Shown here one piece after another: positions 47,601 through 58,377 of a stretch of DNA of 64,000 nucleotides (its first letter is position 1; the number at the start of each line of letters is the position of its first letter). The notes beneath the pieces were generated by a model. That model was not told the origin of the DNA. It did no database searches and saw only the letters and a list, made by a program, of their open reading frames with translations. Position numbers and translations under genes: made by a program. This stretch comes from a virus, in IMG/VR virus record IMGVR_UViG_3300033146_004128, positions 64,001 through 128,000 of that record; one strand, written 5' to 3'.

Positions 47601-47960
47601 AGAATGTTTGTAGATAACGGTCAGATTGTTTTAGATGATAATCATGATATAATATACTCTCAAGATGATGAGTTTATGATAACCAAAGAAGTTGACATAG
47701 ATGGGTACGTGAGCGATGATGGCGACAGACTAAAGATACTTGTCAATATGGACGTGATATACTACACAAGCATACCTACTACCGATATCACATATGGCAC
47801 AGCTCAAGAGCTAATGATTCAAGATACAACATACAAGATAAGACTCGGACTTCCTGTATCTCTTTCTGTTCTAAATGGAGGGTACGTTTTTGTTGACAGA
47901 GACGATGCACATGAGAATGGTGTGTCTGGGTGGTTTGATTTTACTAAGATGGGAGACTAA
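44643..47960 (+). CDS. Very large acidic hypothetical protein (unassigned block)
   Basis: 1105 aa ORF overlapping the upstream gene by 10 nt. Confidence 0.65.
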   Translation: MDVKSTHTEQVAEDALWRIKQDTFFRIMDQVGQIHVDDQIPPLMKNISLYLESDADNTFIQTKFQGIYRATRYNVTIREFSKFDDNNWVVYIDVYNIPDIKDGVVTDLNIENSFAQIEAFTIGAVDGVIMIAPREAERLIAITEDFETKKLKVCLKELREFMALQENRNGYKTDQFDDEVYIIDSPAPMFAKDTVMYRDSDYVGMWISFGTLLKFDLRNLNVFNIDGVKVGAVDIGSGSPQINALKLLSNSAYGYASILFDKESLFSKIMDYSRRYVYETNMEDGTRICVDNILETLQEKGILGLLYEDFDVVSNYPMMAFDEVTGEVKKILSTMIKFKYRNEYIYMVLDMPNNKMYFASYAGRIQDFYNSKYEYNVKIMNDMWITKVNDISPDNFILFTGFPNLQHNKVIDIYFDDTIETFSDLDKSFSIDVTEFDGFYRDSVLHPNEESYDRNTDLVHSYGNNPFPLVSGLIAYQPKDYVGRTQRYELDTHAEPIITTFIDPENKAAYLMVPGVKTNCLVDKMDTPIGAHDFINNYMVRWFKGEDVDEWIKEAEQGGFAHMVRRAYYNNGWTIVKTGEDTYSTLKLNSTRLMYVYNGAVEHLCYPETQILVDMAEKLRENMSESEVKQEVMAQASKVADKITAKVMTQIRAIDTQFIQEIMEKSNQVVSVVDYATPRFDFDRFEDADNIYVNNAPSGPVLNHALLFEDTFHMMQQKMKSEYFDDMGFEILPAEVYCPYFKGLVAEKSGDITHIEVTSDMSNSIEILKNKSIGIRLKGDSISREGTINVEGNVFSVKDAYTKNIELNYFGVRTINGEDFNIYKLTTFTTMSDAVRDAYAAGFTEFTQKASEDAGVDYEEQKRYIHGIMGIDSSPTEIEVPPIPSGQPLYIANIENKLMVSLDGNSFMDAPIGSDGVELSARITIEDKVRFLSMLRNIVNADKNSVSFKLSYAEAHVADDVYSVGVKEMWIDHTDILTRGTVSVTARMFVDNGQIVLDDNHDIIYSQDDEFMITKEVDIDGYVSDDGDRLKILVNMDVIYYTSIPTTDITYGTAQELMIQDTTYKIRLGLPVSLSVLNGGYVFVDRDDAHENGVSGWFDFTKMGD

Positions 47961-48722
47961 ATGTACGACAATACAAATGGATACAGAGCGATTGTGACAG
48001 ACTGCGAGTTTGTTACAGAGGAATTAGACGGCATGGGAGAGGTCTCTTTCTATGCAAAGTCTGGTGATAACCCTGAGATAAATATTTATCCAGCGGACAC
48101 ACAAGCAAGTCTTGAACCTTTTCTTGAGGGGAATGGTGACTATGTCATGTTTGCATACATAGGCCAAGCGCCATCATTTTCATACGACTATCATATTGAT
48201 GAGGTGACAGAGGGAAGCATTCTTTCTGTGAGGACTGACCACAGCTTATTTTTTGATGTAGAATTTGATCCAAGTGCAGACCTTCTAACAGGGTACATTA
48301 GGAGGGCCATATCTGCAGCTTCTTTTACCGGTAAGAATATAGTGAATCAATTTGCAGGCAAGAATGATGTCGGAGTAGAAACCTTTATGTTACAGATGCT
48401 GTTTCCAGACCCTGCGATCAATGGAGGAAATATAGATATTGTCGCATATGGAAACGGAGAGAGAAACCATATTGCTAGGTCAAAAGTAGAAACAACCTCA
48501 TATGGCTCTCTAAGAAAGAAGCTTAGAATAGTTCTCGGCGATAGCACCAAGCTTATATCCGTATCATTCGGAAGGCTTGATGCCGGAAATATGTATAGTG
48601 GAGGAGAAGAGATCTTAGAAACAAAAGCTATACAGGAACTTGGAAGCGATCAGATGTTCCGAACGATAACAAGAATGCTTGATGCCCCAAACAAGATTTA
48701 TAATACAGAGGTGAATATATAA
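47961..48722 (+). CDS. Hypothetical protein (unassigned block)
   Basis: 253 aa ORF, GGGAG RBS, abuts the upstream stop. Confidence 0.65.
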   Translation: MYDNTNGYRAIVTDCEFVTEELDGMGEVSFYAKSGDNPEINIYPADTQASLEPFLEGNGDYVMFAYIGQAPSFSYDYHIDEVTEGSILSVRTDHSLFFDVEFDPSADLLTGYIRRAISAASFTGKNIVNQFAGKNDVGVETFMLQMLFPDPAINGGNIDIVAYGNGERNHIARSKVETTSYGSLRKKLRIVLGDSTKLISVSFGRLDAGNMYSGGEEILETKAIQELGSDQMFRTITRMLDAPNKIYNTEVNI

Positions 48723-51700
48723 TGTCAAATTTTTTTACAATCATGGATCCTTCTATAGGGTTGGTATACAAAGAGGAAAACAAGAAGAATGGAGTAGCCG
48801 GTATTTCATTCTACTTCACAAGAAAGACTGTTGATAGCAACCTTCCAATAGAGATATCATTCGTTGACTATGACGGAGAGATCAATGCTGTATCAAGACA
48901 ACTAAACGGAAGCTTCCTTGACTCTGCTTCAATAGATGGTGTTGACAAGTTCATGTACATGAATGATATTATTTTTGATAAAAATGAGATAGCAAATGCA
49001 CTTTCTACAATACCAAACGAAGAGGTTGATAATGATATCGTTTCAATTATTGATGGGCTATTTGGGATAGATATTTCAGGAGTAGACAACATAGAAGCTC
49101 TTGAGTTTGACAAAGTTGTATATGTTGATAGACTAGATGTTGATGGAACATCAAACTACCTAGACGGATACATGTTAATATTCCATGACATATCAACAAA
49201 GACAGTCAAGCTTGCTCTGTATGCAGGAGAACTTGTAGCATACACGTATGAAGACTATAAAGATCAGCTCAATGAGTATGGTAAGAGTAGGATATTGTCT
49301 GAGATACTTGTTACTAACTCAACAAGCAAGACGATCATAAAAAACACATCTCCATTCAGAGTTAAGATAAAAATGGATAGATATACATATGACGTAAATA
49401 GAGCAGTGTATAGAGACAAGAGTTTCACTATAAATTATGATGATGGATTTACATTTGTGCTTACTCCTGGACAAGAATACTCATTCGTACACGATAATGC
49501 TCAAAGAGAGAGATCGTACTCTCTTCTAGACAACCCGATAGACCCACCTAGAGGACCAATATACTCAATGAACTCATGGGAGTATAATGATGCAAGTGAA
49601 TATATTGTAGAGGCTCCATTCAAGCTATCTTTCCAAGAGGTGATAAGCCCGGTTGGGGTAACTGACCCGGATAGATACCTAGCGGTAAGCTCAATGCATA
49701 ATTTGTTCAAGGATAAGTACTCATTCGAGAGAGCAATAGTTGACAAAAATGATGATCTTCTTGGGCTTGAAGTAATAAGCAGTCATGGCACTATAAAGGT
49801 TTCAAATGACAGTGTATTTAAAGATTTTGCATCCAGTGGCGGAGCATCCGTATTCGCTGACAAAATAAGAGTCATGCTAAAGTCAAAACTTAAAAAGATA
49901 TACTCTTATCTTGGTCAGGATGAGATGAATATACTTGTTGACTATTCAATAGAGAGCACAAGATATAGAATATTAGACATACAGAATAGGATAGTATACA
50001 ATGATACGATATCTATGCCACAGCAGGCATTCACAGTAACTATAGGTCTTATTGGAAATATAGATGAAGTATTGCAAAAGAGTAGTCATCTTGAGTACGA
50101 GATGATTGTTAAAAAAGGCGACCTCCCATGCAAGTCAGACAGAAAAGCACTTATCAACAAGATTATAGGGGCAGAGCTATTCACATCAGACTATCTATCT
50201 TTCAATGTAAATGACGTACTGAATAACCCGACAAAGAAGGTGTACCAGGGCCCGTCGTACAAGACATATAACGGAGAGATAGATGATGCATACGAGATGT
50301 ATCAGAAGAGAATGGTATCAGAGATAGAGGGATTCGGACTCGTTAACTCATCAGACATACTCAGCTCTAAAGAATTTGCTGCTGTAATGCCTGTATTTAA
50401 TATGCTATCTGAGGGAAGTGATGGATGTACCGAAGATTTTGTTTTTGATATAGAAGAAAGCATAGATGAGCATGGACTTGAGATAAGCCTAAATGACATG
50501 CTTAAAAAGATGAGACAAGTGGCATACATATACAGACAAAAAGAGGAGATCATAGCCACTGTGTCTTTAGGTATCACTCTTGATAATGAATGGTACTTCT
50601 GTGGTGAGGACTTCTTCCCTGCCTCTGTGATAGAGAACTCTGAATATACTACATATATGGATAATGATGTGGTTACTATGTCTAGAGATATAGAGGGAGG
50701 GAATGTTCCTATCTATGATAAGAAATTATTCCTCGACTCAAATGATTGGGACGAAGACTATAAGCAGCAGATGCACGATGCCTTCATGGCCTTTGTTGTT
50801 GGGTCAATAGACACATCCACTATATACGATAATCCGGGACTTAAATATATCGTAGATCACCTACTAGATAGGCAGAGAAAGTTATCATTCTCTTATGATG
50901 ATATTTTCATACATGCGAGAGATATCGTTTTTTCTAAGAAAGTAGAGCACGTAAGAAATACAATGATAATGCCCAATATATTTGAGCAGATGATAGCTGA
51001 CGGGAAGACAAACTTCACAGGATATGTTGGAGATGACGATGCCCACTATTTTGGAAAATTAAAAGCTGAATATCATGAGAACTACTACTATATATCGCAT
51101 GATGAACCACTAGATTCTGCATACGAGATAGGCCACACTGTTAGTGCAATGATGAATACGGACTCCATAAAGAATGGATCATTACTTTACCGTGAGCCAG
51201 GGAAACTGCTATTCGGTGTGAATACAGGATCATTTACTCAAGTTGACACTCTCTCAGTTAAGAAGGAGACAAATGTAATTATGGATGGCGAGAGATATGC
51301 ATTTGCGCTTAGCCTTGTAAAAAATGACGTGAAAGAGATGTCCATATGCTATGACTACAAGACAAAGAATCTGAAGATAGTAAATTTAGGAAGCTTCACA
51401 ATACACAGTTTCCCTTTGCTTATGGCATCGTTTGATGTATTACTGCATGACTACTATAGCTCATTAGAGGGGTATAAGCGTGTCGCTCTAGGAGTATACG
51501 ACTACTATGAGTCTGACATAGATAGCGGAACACTAAGTAAGCAATATCTTCTCGTAAATAATACACTACAGGCAGAGGATAAATATATCCTGCTTAAGGC
51601 TACAGTTGGATTGTATGATGCACAAGTTATGGTTGATGCGGATAGTGCGCAATGGAAGTATATGTATATGTCTGGGCTAAATAATGGAATTAGAGTTAGG

Positions 51701-52150
51701 TTTACTGGCGGAGATCTGCAGATACAGAAAGGAGATAGGGGTACATCCACGATACCAAGAACACTGATGGAAAACTATCCTGACACAACGTTAGCTATAG
51801 ATGGAGCCTATATTAAATTATATAGACTAGAAAGATTCCTCCCAGTAAGGTATAATAACGAAAGCATTACAAGAACGATAATAAAAGTTACCGATGCTGA
51901 TGGAGCATTATCATCATTGATTGGGTCTTTAACCATTGTTGATTTCGGCAGCTATAAGGAAGTCTTGTCTCCTAATGGGAAAAAGTATGCATTTGCGTTA
52001 GGCGGAGAAGGTATCGTTGGGTGGAGTTCATCAAACGGGTACACCATGCCTCCAGAGAAGCTACTTGACATAGACGAAATATTGTACAATAAAGATGCTA
52101 TACACACTATTACGATTGACGATATAGTCTTTCAGATTACTTTTGAATAG
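48722..52150 (+). CDS. Very large acidic hypothetical protein (unassigned block)
   Basis: 1142 aa ORF with TAATG coupling. Confidence 0.65.
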   Translation: MSNFFTIMDPSIGLVYKEENKKNGVAGISFYFTRKTVDSNLPIEISFVDYDGEINAVSRQLNGSFLDSASIDGVDKFMYMNDIIFDKNEIANALSTIPNEEVDNDIVSIIDGLFGIDISGVDNIEALEFDKVVYVDRLDVDGTSNYLDGYMLIFHDISTKTVKLALYAGELVAYTYEDYKDQLNEYGKSRILSEILVTNSTSKTIIKNTSPFRVKIKMDRYTYDVNRAVYRDKSFTINYDDGFTFVLTPGQEYSFVHDNAQRERSYSLLDNPIDPPRGPIYSMNSWEYNDASEYIVEAPFKLSFQEVISPVGVTDPDRYLAVSSMHNLFKDKYSFERAIVDKNDDLLGLEVISSHGTIKVSNDSVFKDFASSGGASVFADKIRVMLKSKLKKIYSYLGQDEMNILVDYSIESTRYRILDIQNRIVYNDTISMPQQAFTVTIGLIGNIDEVLQKSSHLEYEMIVKKGDLPCKSDRKALINKIIGAELFTSDYLSFNVNDVLNNPTKKVYQGPSYKTYNGEIDDAYEMYQKRMVSEIEGFGLVNSSDILSSKEFAAVMPVFNMLSEGSDGCTEDFVFDIEESIDEHGLEISLNDMLKKMRQVAYIYRQKEEIIATVSLGITLDNEWYFCGEDFFPASVIENSEYTTYMDNDVVTMSRDIEGGNVPIYDKKLFLDSNDWDEDYKQQMHDAFMAFVVGSIDTSTIYDNPGLKYIVDHLLDRQRKLSFSYDDIFIHARDIVFSKKVEHVRNTMIMPNIFEQMIADGKTNFTGYVGDDDAHYFGKLKAEYHENYYYISHDEPLDSAYEIGHTVSAMMNTDSIKNGSLLYREPGKLLFGVNTGSFTQVDTLSVKKETNVIMDGERYAFALSLVKNDVKEMSICYDYKTKNLKIVNLGSFTIHSFPLLMASFDVLLHDYYSSLEGYKRVALGVYDYYESDIDSGTLSKQYLLVNNTLQAEDKYILLKATVGLYDAQVMVDADSAQWKYMYMSGLNNGIRVRFTGGDLQIQKGDRGTSTIPRTLMENYPDTTLAIDGAYIKLYRLERFLPVRYNNESITRTIIKVTDADGALSSLIGSLTIVDFGSYKEVLSPNGKKYAFALGGEGIVGWSSSNGYTMPPEKLLDIDEILYNKDAIHTITIDDIVFQITFE

Positions 52151-52162
52151 AAGGATTTCTAA

Positions 52163-54907
52163 ATGATACCATTAATGTATATATTGAATACAGATGAGAT
52201 TTACACACATGCTTCAGGCATAATAACTAAGATAACGCCTAGCTACAGTCACTATAGACACAGTATTCAAGTTGAGTTCAAATACAACCTAGATGAGTTC
52301 TTTTTCATAGAGATATACCTTAATGAGTTTGATCAACCATCAAAAGTTTCTCTGTATGGGTTTTATGGGTCTGAGAGTATAGAAATATCAGATCTTGTAG
52401 ATGAGTATCATCTTTCCGGAAAAAAGGTATCCGTTATCATGTCTAGAGATGTGATACTTGAGATCGCAAACAATGTCGTTACACATACATCATTCCTTGA
52501 GGGCACAACAATAGAGTTTAAGGTCATACAAGACAAGCAAGAAGTAGAGGATAGAGCAAAAGTTACATCTATAAGAGTTATGCCTACAGTGACAGAGGTG
52601 ACTATAAATGGTATTAGATACTCATACGAAGAGGGTACTAAGGCAACAGGCTATATGCCAACCTTGAATAGTGCAGGAGTAAAGAGAGAGCCTGATGTTG
52701 TAGATGGACACTATAATATTTTTCACTTAGATGGAGACAACGACGGATTGTCGTTCTTGGCAATACCGCCTCAAGATATAGATAAGCATTATCTATTTAG
52801 ACAGAACTCTCTTCTAGCACATATCGACATGGACGGAAATGATATGATTGTAGGTGGAACATCGTATAGATACAATAATGGAATGATAAAGCACTTCGGG
52901 ATGGTTCACTCAATGCAAGAGTTTCTAATATTGAAGAAAAACGAAGAGTACAAGACATACATATTCAATGCAGCAAGAGATAAAAATTTATACAGCGAGA
53001 TATCATTACTATTCCCTGCTGTGCAACACAACTCTATGACAGTATATGATCTTCGTGAGAATATACTAATAAAAGGCCAGGCTACATACCACTCAGAGAT
53101 AGATGTCGAGACAGATAAGCTTCTATTCCATATTACAATAGACAACTGTATTGACTTCTTCGGAAGAAGGGTAAACAAGATATTTGAATTCAGAGTGTCT
53201 CCGGAAAAGATACTTTCAAGTAATGCAGAAGGCATAAGTAACGCCACAGAACTTGGAACTTTTTATGTTATAGATAAGGATACCGGAGAGCAGGATGTAA
53301 TACCTACTGATGGAGCACATATAGATATGCAGAAGGATGGGTATATGACAGGGTCAAACAATAAATATTCATTCAGTATCAATAAAAAGTCTCTAGTAAG
53401 AAACAGTAATCTAATGAGAGGTCAATACACGACCTTTAAGGCGATAACTGCAGATGATTATCTGTCCCCAATGTATAGGTTTGACGAGATAGATTTCAAC
53501 GATAACACCATACAGATAAAGAATGGAACAAAGACAATAAAGACTGAACTGTTCAACTCAAGTAAGTATCTGATATCTACACAGAATGGAAAGATGTCAA
53601 GCAGAGACGTAATGACTGAGTTCGGTGGAGTTGAGTTTACAATAGCACCAGAAGTAATATCTTCATCTGGAATAAATATCACAAATTTCTCTGACTATAT
53701 TATGCTGTGCAGAATGGTAGAGACTCCTGAGTATGGTATAATCGGGGTAAGAAGAGATACAAGAGATCTTCTTTACTCGATAGTGATGTCATACAATTTT
53801 ACTGACATAGCAATGGTATATAATATAAACCTAGATAAGGTATATTACATAGACTTTTCCAGGAAAGAAGTTAGTGACAATGTAAACATGTTGCCATCAA
53901 CATTTGACACCTATATATCTACTATAGACGAGGAGAAGCTAAAAGCTTATCTTAGAGATGGTGGATTTGCAACCTTTAAGGCTATAAATACACCAAACTC
54001 TTCACTTGTTACTCTTGAAGGGCAATCTCTTTTCTCTGAAGAAGTAATGCATGAGAAGTACTTAGACTCAAGCAGAAACATGTCTTCACTGGCAATAACT
54101 GGGTCTGGGGTTGTTGATGCAAGCGTGATAGCGAAAGGAAATGCTATAGACGGTACATATATTTCAAGACCTGGAGAGATATCTGTAATGAAAGCAGGGT
54201 TTGGAAAAAACAGAACAATATTTAGAAAAGTTTCAAATGGAGTATATTCTAATGAGAACATTGATATTGAGTCGGTATCTGTTTCTGGGTCTACGTACAC
54301 TATAGGCTTTTCTCATGAAGGTGACTCTCACTCTGCTTCTATATCAATAGACGGAGGACCGATAGAGGTAAAGAAGGGCTTGAAGCATAGTCTAGTTGAC
54401 GACTCTGAAAGCTTTGAATATATGACTGGATTCACATACTCTTCAACAGTTCCTCAAGATAACATATTCCAGAAGTCAGGAGTCCTAGTTATGGAGTCAT
54501 ATCTAGGCATAGGTCTTGCCTTTGACATTAACACCGTTGAAGATATGATAAATTCATCTTCTATTGGACTACACAGTACAGTTTCGCTATCATATGACAG
54601 TAAGATGATTATGATATCTGGTATAGAAGCAGATACGGTTTCCGTATCAGACTCAGTGTTCAGTAGCGACGGGTTAACTATTGATCTTGACTCTCCTACA
54701 GGAAGTGCATATGCACTATCTTTCAATGGTGATAATGGCGAGATATCAACAACCATACCTAGCGATGACTATGACGCATATCTTACGGCATGGGAAGAAG
54801 ATCTTGAAGACAACGGATTCACAGAGATAAATGAGTACGAGAGCGGAAGCCTCTACGCTATAGCATTTGACATTACAAAAGCACAGTATCTACAATTTAA
54901 GGAATAA
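52163..54907 (+). CDS. Large beta-rich hypothetical protein (unassigned block)
   Basis: 914 aa, S/T/I/D-rich, AAGGA RBS. Confidence 0.65.
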   Translation: MIPLMYILNTDEIYTHASGIITKITPSYSHYRHSIQVEFKYNLDEFFFIEIYLNEFDQPSKVSLYGFYGSESIEISDLVDEYHLSGKKVSVIMSRDVILEIANNVVTHTSFLEGTTIEFKVIQDKQEVEDRAKVTSIRVMPTVTEVTINGIRYSYEEGTKATGYMPTLNSAGVKREPDVVDGHYNIFHLDGDNDGLSFLAIPPQDIDKHYLFRQNSLLAHIDMDGNDMIVGGTSYRYNNGMIKHFGMVHSMQEFLILKKNEEYKTYIFNAARDKNLYSEISLLFPAVQHNSMTVYDLRENILIKGQATYHSEIDVETDKLLFHITIDNCIDFFGRRVNKIFEFRVSPEKILSSNAEGISNATELGTFYVIDKDTGEQDVIPTDGAHIDMQKDGYMTGSNNKYSFSINKKSLVRNSNLMRGQYTTFKAITADDYLSPMYRFDEIDFNDNTIQIKNGTKTIKTELFNSSKYLISTQNGKMSSRDVMTEFGGVEFTIAPEVISSSGINITNFSDYIMLCRMVETPEYGIIGVRRDTRDLLYSIVMSYNFTDIAMVYNINLDKVYYIDFSRKEVSDNVNMLPSTFDTYISTIDEEKLKAYLRDGGFATFKAINTPNSSLVTLEGQSLFSEEVMHEKYLDSSRNMSSLAITGSGVVDASVIAKGNAIDGTYISRPGEISVMKAGFGKNRTIFRKVSNGVYSNENIDIESVSVSGSTYTIGFSHEGDSHSASISIDGGPIEVKKGLKHSLVDDSESFEYMTGFTYSSTVPQDNIFQKSGVLVMESYLGIGLAFDINTVEDMINSSSIGLHSTVSLSYDSKMIMISGIEADTVSVSDSVFSSDGLTIDLDSPTGSAYALSFNGDNGEISTTIPSDDYDAYLTAWEEDLEDNGFTEINEYESGSLYAIAFDITKAQYLQFKE

Positions 54908-54910
54908 TTG

Positions 54911-56851
54911 ATGGCCAACATTTACAGACTAGACAATAACTGGATATCATCGGCACTTATGCCGTTAGAGACTATATTTACATCATCGAACATAAGAGCA
55001 TCATCTTCTGCGGTAAACATATTCACTGGTGGAGATATCGCACTTGGTCTTAATGCCGGATCAAGAAGAATCGCATACAAGCACAACGACATCTTATTCA
55101 AGACACAGACAAAAGATAGTGGAACTAATAATATCACTTTCGTAACAAGACCTTCTATAGAGAAGGGATTTGTGCAGTGGAATGGATCATTCTCGTGGAA
55201 GAATATCCTAAAAGACCTTCTTTCATTCGACATAACTACAGAACCTGAATCATTGGATATTACAATCAGTAGCGAAAGCAAGACTCTAGTATCTACTGGG
55301 GAAGCTCCATTTACGATCTCATGGAATGATACTGATATAATGTTTAATGACGTACCGTTTACGGGTACTGGGTCTTTTACTCCTGGTACAATGGAATTTA
55401 CAGTAGATGCCACAGAGCTTCTAGATAAGCTTCATGGAGAATATGCAAGTATAGATAGAGTTGAGTATCAGGCACCAACTGAGCCATACGACCTATCCTA
55501 TTCATTGATAGATGGAGAGGAAGGCGTATACAGGGAAGAAGAAATAGTTATTGATTACACGGACATAATCTTTGATGATTATGGTCATCAGTACTTTGTA
55601 GTTCCTGACTATTCATTTGGAGTTTCTCAGACTGCAATATGGTTCCCGTCAGGATCACCATCGTATCTTAAGAATGACCAGTTCTCTTTTATACTTGCAG
55701 GGGATATAGCAAATTCAACGCTACCTAATAGTTTTGCAGAGTTCAGCAAGGATAGATTGCGGTCTGCAGTAAACACATCTACGCTATACAATGACGGACT
55801 AATAGAGTGTTCAGAAAAGACATACATCGGATACGTTCGTGTTTACAGTTCATATATATATGTTGACTATTACTATATAAAAATACCTGTTACAGAAGAT
55901 GAATGTGCACAACTTGAAGAGTCCATATCGTACGGTAGAGCATGTAGACTTAAGATTTCAGATACAGACATTACTATACGGAACATAGACAGTTCACTAG
56001 ATCATGTATCACTAGTAAGTAATGCGACTTCATTGGCCCATAGTGCATATACAAAGTTTAAATTTGGAGCAGGATCGTTCAAGTCAAACTACCCTCTGTA
56101 CTCATACAGAGACAAGAGGGATACTCTTGAGGTAACATTCAACAGAGAAAGTTCATCTAAGTACATAAAGATTACAATAGAGGATCAACCTACAAGGTAC
56201 AGAGCTACCATTGAGACGAGAAGTGGTACCCAAACATCAACGTCAACGAAAAACTTCCCAAGATACTCATCTAATGCAGAGTGGTCTTTAGGTAGCACAG
56301 CATATATAAACATGATTCTTAAGAGATCCCTCGACAACGTGTCGGACACGACAGAGACTTTATTTACGAACGGTGCTATATCTCTTGATGGGGATACAAT
56401 AAAGATTCTTACTCGAACACTATATGTCAATATACTTGAGCAAGCTGTAGCTTTTCCTCAGTTAAATCTTACATATGACACACTTGCAGTTGTGGCATGG
56501 CCAGATGAGGAAGGAAACCTTCAGAATCTTCAAATAAACTTCCAGCCGGCAACTGGCGCCATATATGGTAGAATTGCGCAAGGGTCATCATATGACTACT
56601 ATAACAAGGATGCAATGTTAGAGATGCTGAACTCTATAAATCCTATATACGACTTCAATATGACATGTAACATATCTAGCCTTACATACGAAGACCTAGA
56701 TGGCGTAACACAGGTATATCCATTTACGAACTCAACAATGATCATCGCTGAAGCAATAAACGGATTCTCAGGCAAGTTCTACAGAGTGTATTATAAAAAT
56801 GCTGATAGCTATGGTTTTGTAGTAGCTAAACAATATTCAATCCAGGAGTAA
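54911..56851 (+). CDS. Beta-rich S/T-rich hypothetical protein (unassigned block)
   Basis: ORF track 54908-56851. ATG 54911 is correctly spaced from AAGGA. Confidence 0.65.
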   Translation: MANIYRLDNNWISSALMPLETIFTSSNIRASSSAVNIFTGGDIALGLNAGSRRIAYKHNDILFKTQTKDSGTNNITFVTRPSIEKGFVQWNGSFSWKNILKDLLSFDITTEPESLDITISSESKTLVSTGEAPFTISWNDTDIMFNDVPFTGTGSFTPGTMEFTVDATELLDKLHGEYASIDRVEYQAPTEPYDLSYSLIDGEEGVYREEEIVIDYTDIIFDDYGHQYFVVPDYSFGVSQTAIWFPSGSPSYLKNDQFSFILAGDIANSTLPNSFAEFSKDRLRSAVNTSTLYNDGLIECSEKTYIGYVRVYSSYIYVDYYYIKIPVTEDECAQLEESISYGRACRLKISDTDITIRNIDSSLDHVSLVSNATSLAHSAYTKFKFGAGSFKSNYPLYSYRDKRDTLEVTFNRESSSKYIKITIEDQPTRYRATIETRSGTQTSTSTKNFPRYSSNAEWSLGSTAYINMILKRSLDNVSDTTETLFTNGAISLDGDTIKILTRTLYVNILEQAVAFPQLNLTYDTLAVVAWPDEEGNLQNLQINFQPATGAIYGRIAQGSSYDYYNKDAMLEMLNSINPIYDFNMTCNISSLTYEDLDGVTQVYPFTNSTMIIAEAINGFSGKFYRVYYKNADSYGFVVAKQYSIQE

Positions 56852-56853
56852 TT

Positions 56854-58377
56854 ATGATACCGAATAGTAGAAGATTTCAACGAGGGGCATACAGAGTTCT
56901 GATGCCAAACTCATTCAATGGGAATATTGTTTTTGACAAGTTTGGAGAGGCAAAAGGGAATGACATCAGGGTAGACGGAGCCATACATGAGGAGATAGGT
57001 AGTGCAGGCGACTTCAATGATGTGTATCTGAACAAGAGAAGCGTTGTGAGGATATCAAAAGGACGCAAGATTCCAGTAGTTGCAAACGTAGACTTCTCTA
57101 TCGGAAGCAAGAACTACGGAAAAATAAGACTTATGTCTGTAAGTAAATCAGACTTCTCTTTGGATATATCTTTGGGGGACGACAACTATCTAGACATGAA
57201 GACATACGACACTGATGATATCAATATCGGAAACAATAATGTAGTGTATGGAGCACTTGATGTCTCTAATGGAGGTGTATCAATAGGTAATAACAACATG
57301 CTTATAGACTTTAAAACGGAGATACACAAAGATACTGTCGTAAAAGGCTTCCCTAGAGTCGGCTCACTTATGTTCGAGACAAAAGTTACAGAGTATGCAG
57401 GTATCGGACAAGACTATATTGAAGTTGAGGATACAAGTAGAATAGCCTTTGGAACTGAGATCAGGTTCAGTAGTGTTTCGGCAGCTTTTGTATCCAGAAT
57501 AGTAACATCTGTGACAGGGAACAGAGTTTATTTTGATGAGCCCCTGCTGTCAAAAGAGTCAACCTTCCCGGACGGGTTGGTATTTAATGAGTTTTACGAG
57601 ATCTTACCTGAAGAGGCAGTAAATGTTGATTCCAACCACATGTACAAGCCAGGTCCAACAAAGCGATTATTCCTAAGTAGGTATGTAAATTGGCCTCTTA
57701 GGGATGTCACCATCACATCATATCATGGAGAAGTCCTTATGCAGACAAAAATGTTCTTTGTTAGAGCTGGTGACAATATGGCAATTATTCGTGACCTAAT
57801 ACCAGACTCAAGTGATATAAGCGGAATGTTTCTTGTCACGGCTGCAGAGTTTAATCCATATAAGGAGTGGACAGTAACCCTAACGAAAGACGAGGTAGAT
57901 ACACACAAATACTATATCAATAGCAAATGCTTGGCTTTCATAGGAAGATCCACAATAGTAGATGGAGTAGAAGCTACCATTATAGCATATGATAATGAGA
58001 GCATTACTCTTGATGTTGAACTAGTAGAGACTGAGACAGAAGTTGTGTTTGCCGAAGAAGACAGTACTCCTTCCGGAGAGATGATTTTGTCTAAGATAAC
58101 ATCAAACATACCAGGAAACTCATCTGAGATCCCTGTTGTCGATGGTAGTGCGTTCTTTATTGGCCAAAAGATAAAGGTTGATGGTATGTCAACAATAGCA
58201 ACTATCACTGAGATAAACGACAATATTTTATCTCTAAGCGAGAATCTATTCGACAGCGTAGTGTCAGATAAGTTCTACATAGGAAGATATGAGTTGTCAC
58301 TTGGTACTGATATGCACAAAAGTAAAATATCTGGGGCAGAAGAAGATCTGCATGAATTTATATTTGGAGAAAATTAA
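56854..58377 (+). CDS. Putative virion structural protein with short beta-helix-like repeats and repeated small beta-barrel modules
   Basis: INIGNNN/VSIGNNN repeats; IEVEDTSRIAFGTEIRF and IPVVDGSAFFIGQKIKV modules. Confidence 0.5.
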   Translation: MIPNSRRFQRGAYRVLMPNSFNGNIVFDKFGEAKGNDIRVDGAIHEEIGSAGDFNDVYLNKRSVVRISKGRKIPVVANVDFSIGSKNYGKIRLMSVSKSDFSLDISLGDDNYLDMKTYDTDDINIGNNNVVYGALDVSNGGVSIGNNNMLIDFKTEIHKDTVVKGFPRVGSLMFETKVTEYAGIGQDYIEVEDTSRIAFGTEIRFSSVSAAFVSRIVTSVTGNRVYFDEPLLSKESTFPDGLVFNEFYEILPEEAVNVDSNHMYKPGPTKRLFLSRYVNWPLRDVTITSYHGEVLMQTKMFFVRAGDNMAIIRDLIPDSSDISGMFLVTAAEFNPYKEWTVTLTKDEVDTHKYYINSKCLAFIGRSTIVDGVEATIIAYDNESITLDVELVETETEVVFAEEDSTPSGEMILSKITSNIPGNSSEIPVVDGSAFFIGQKIKVDGMSTIATITEINDNILSLSENLFDSVVSDKFYIGRYELSLGTDMHKSKISGAEEDLHEFIFGEN

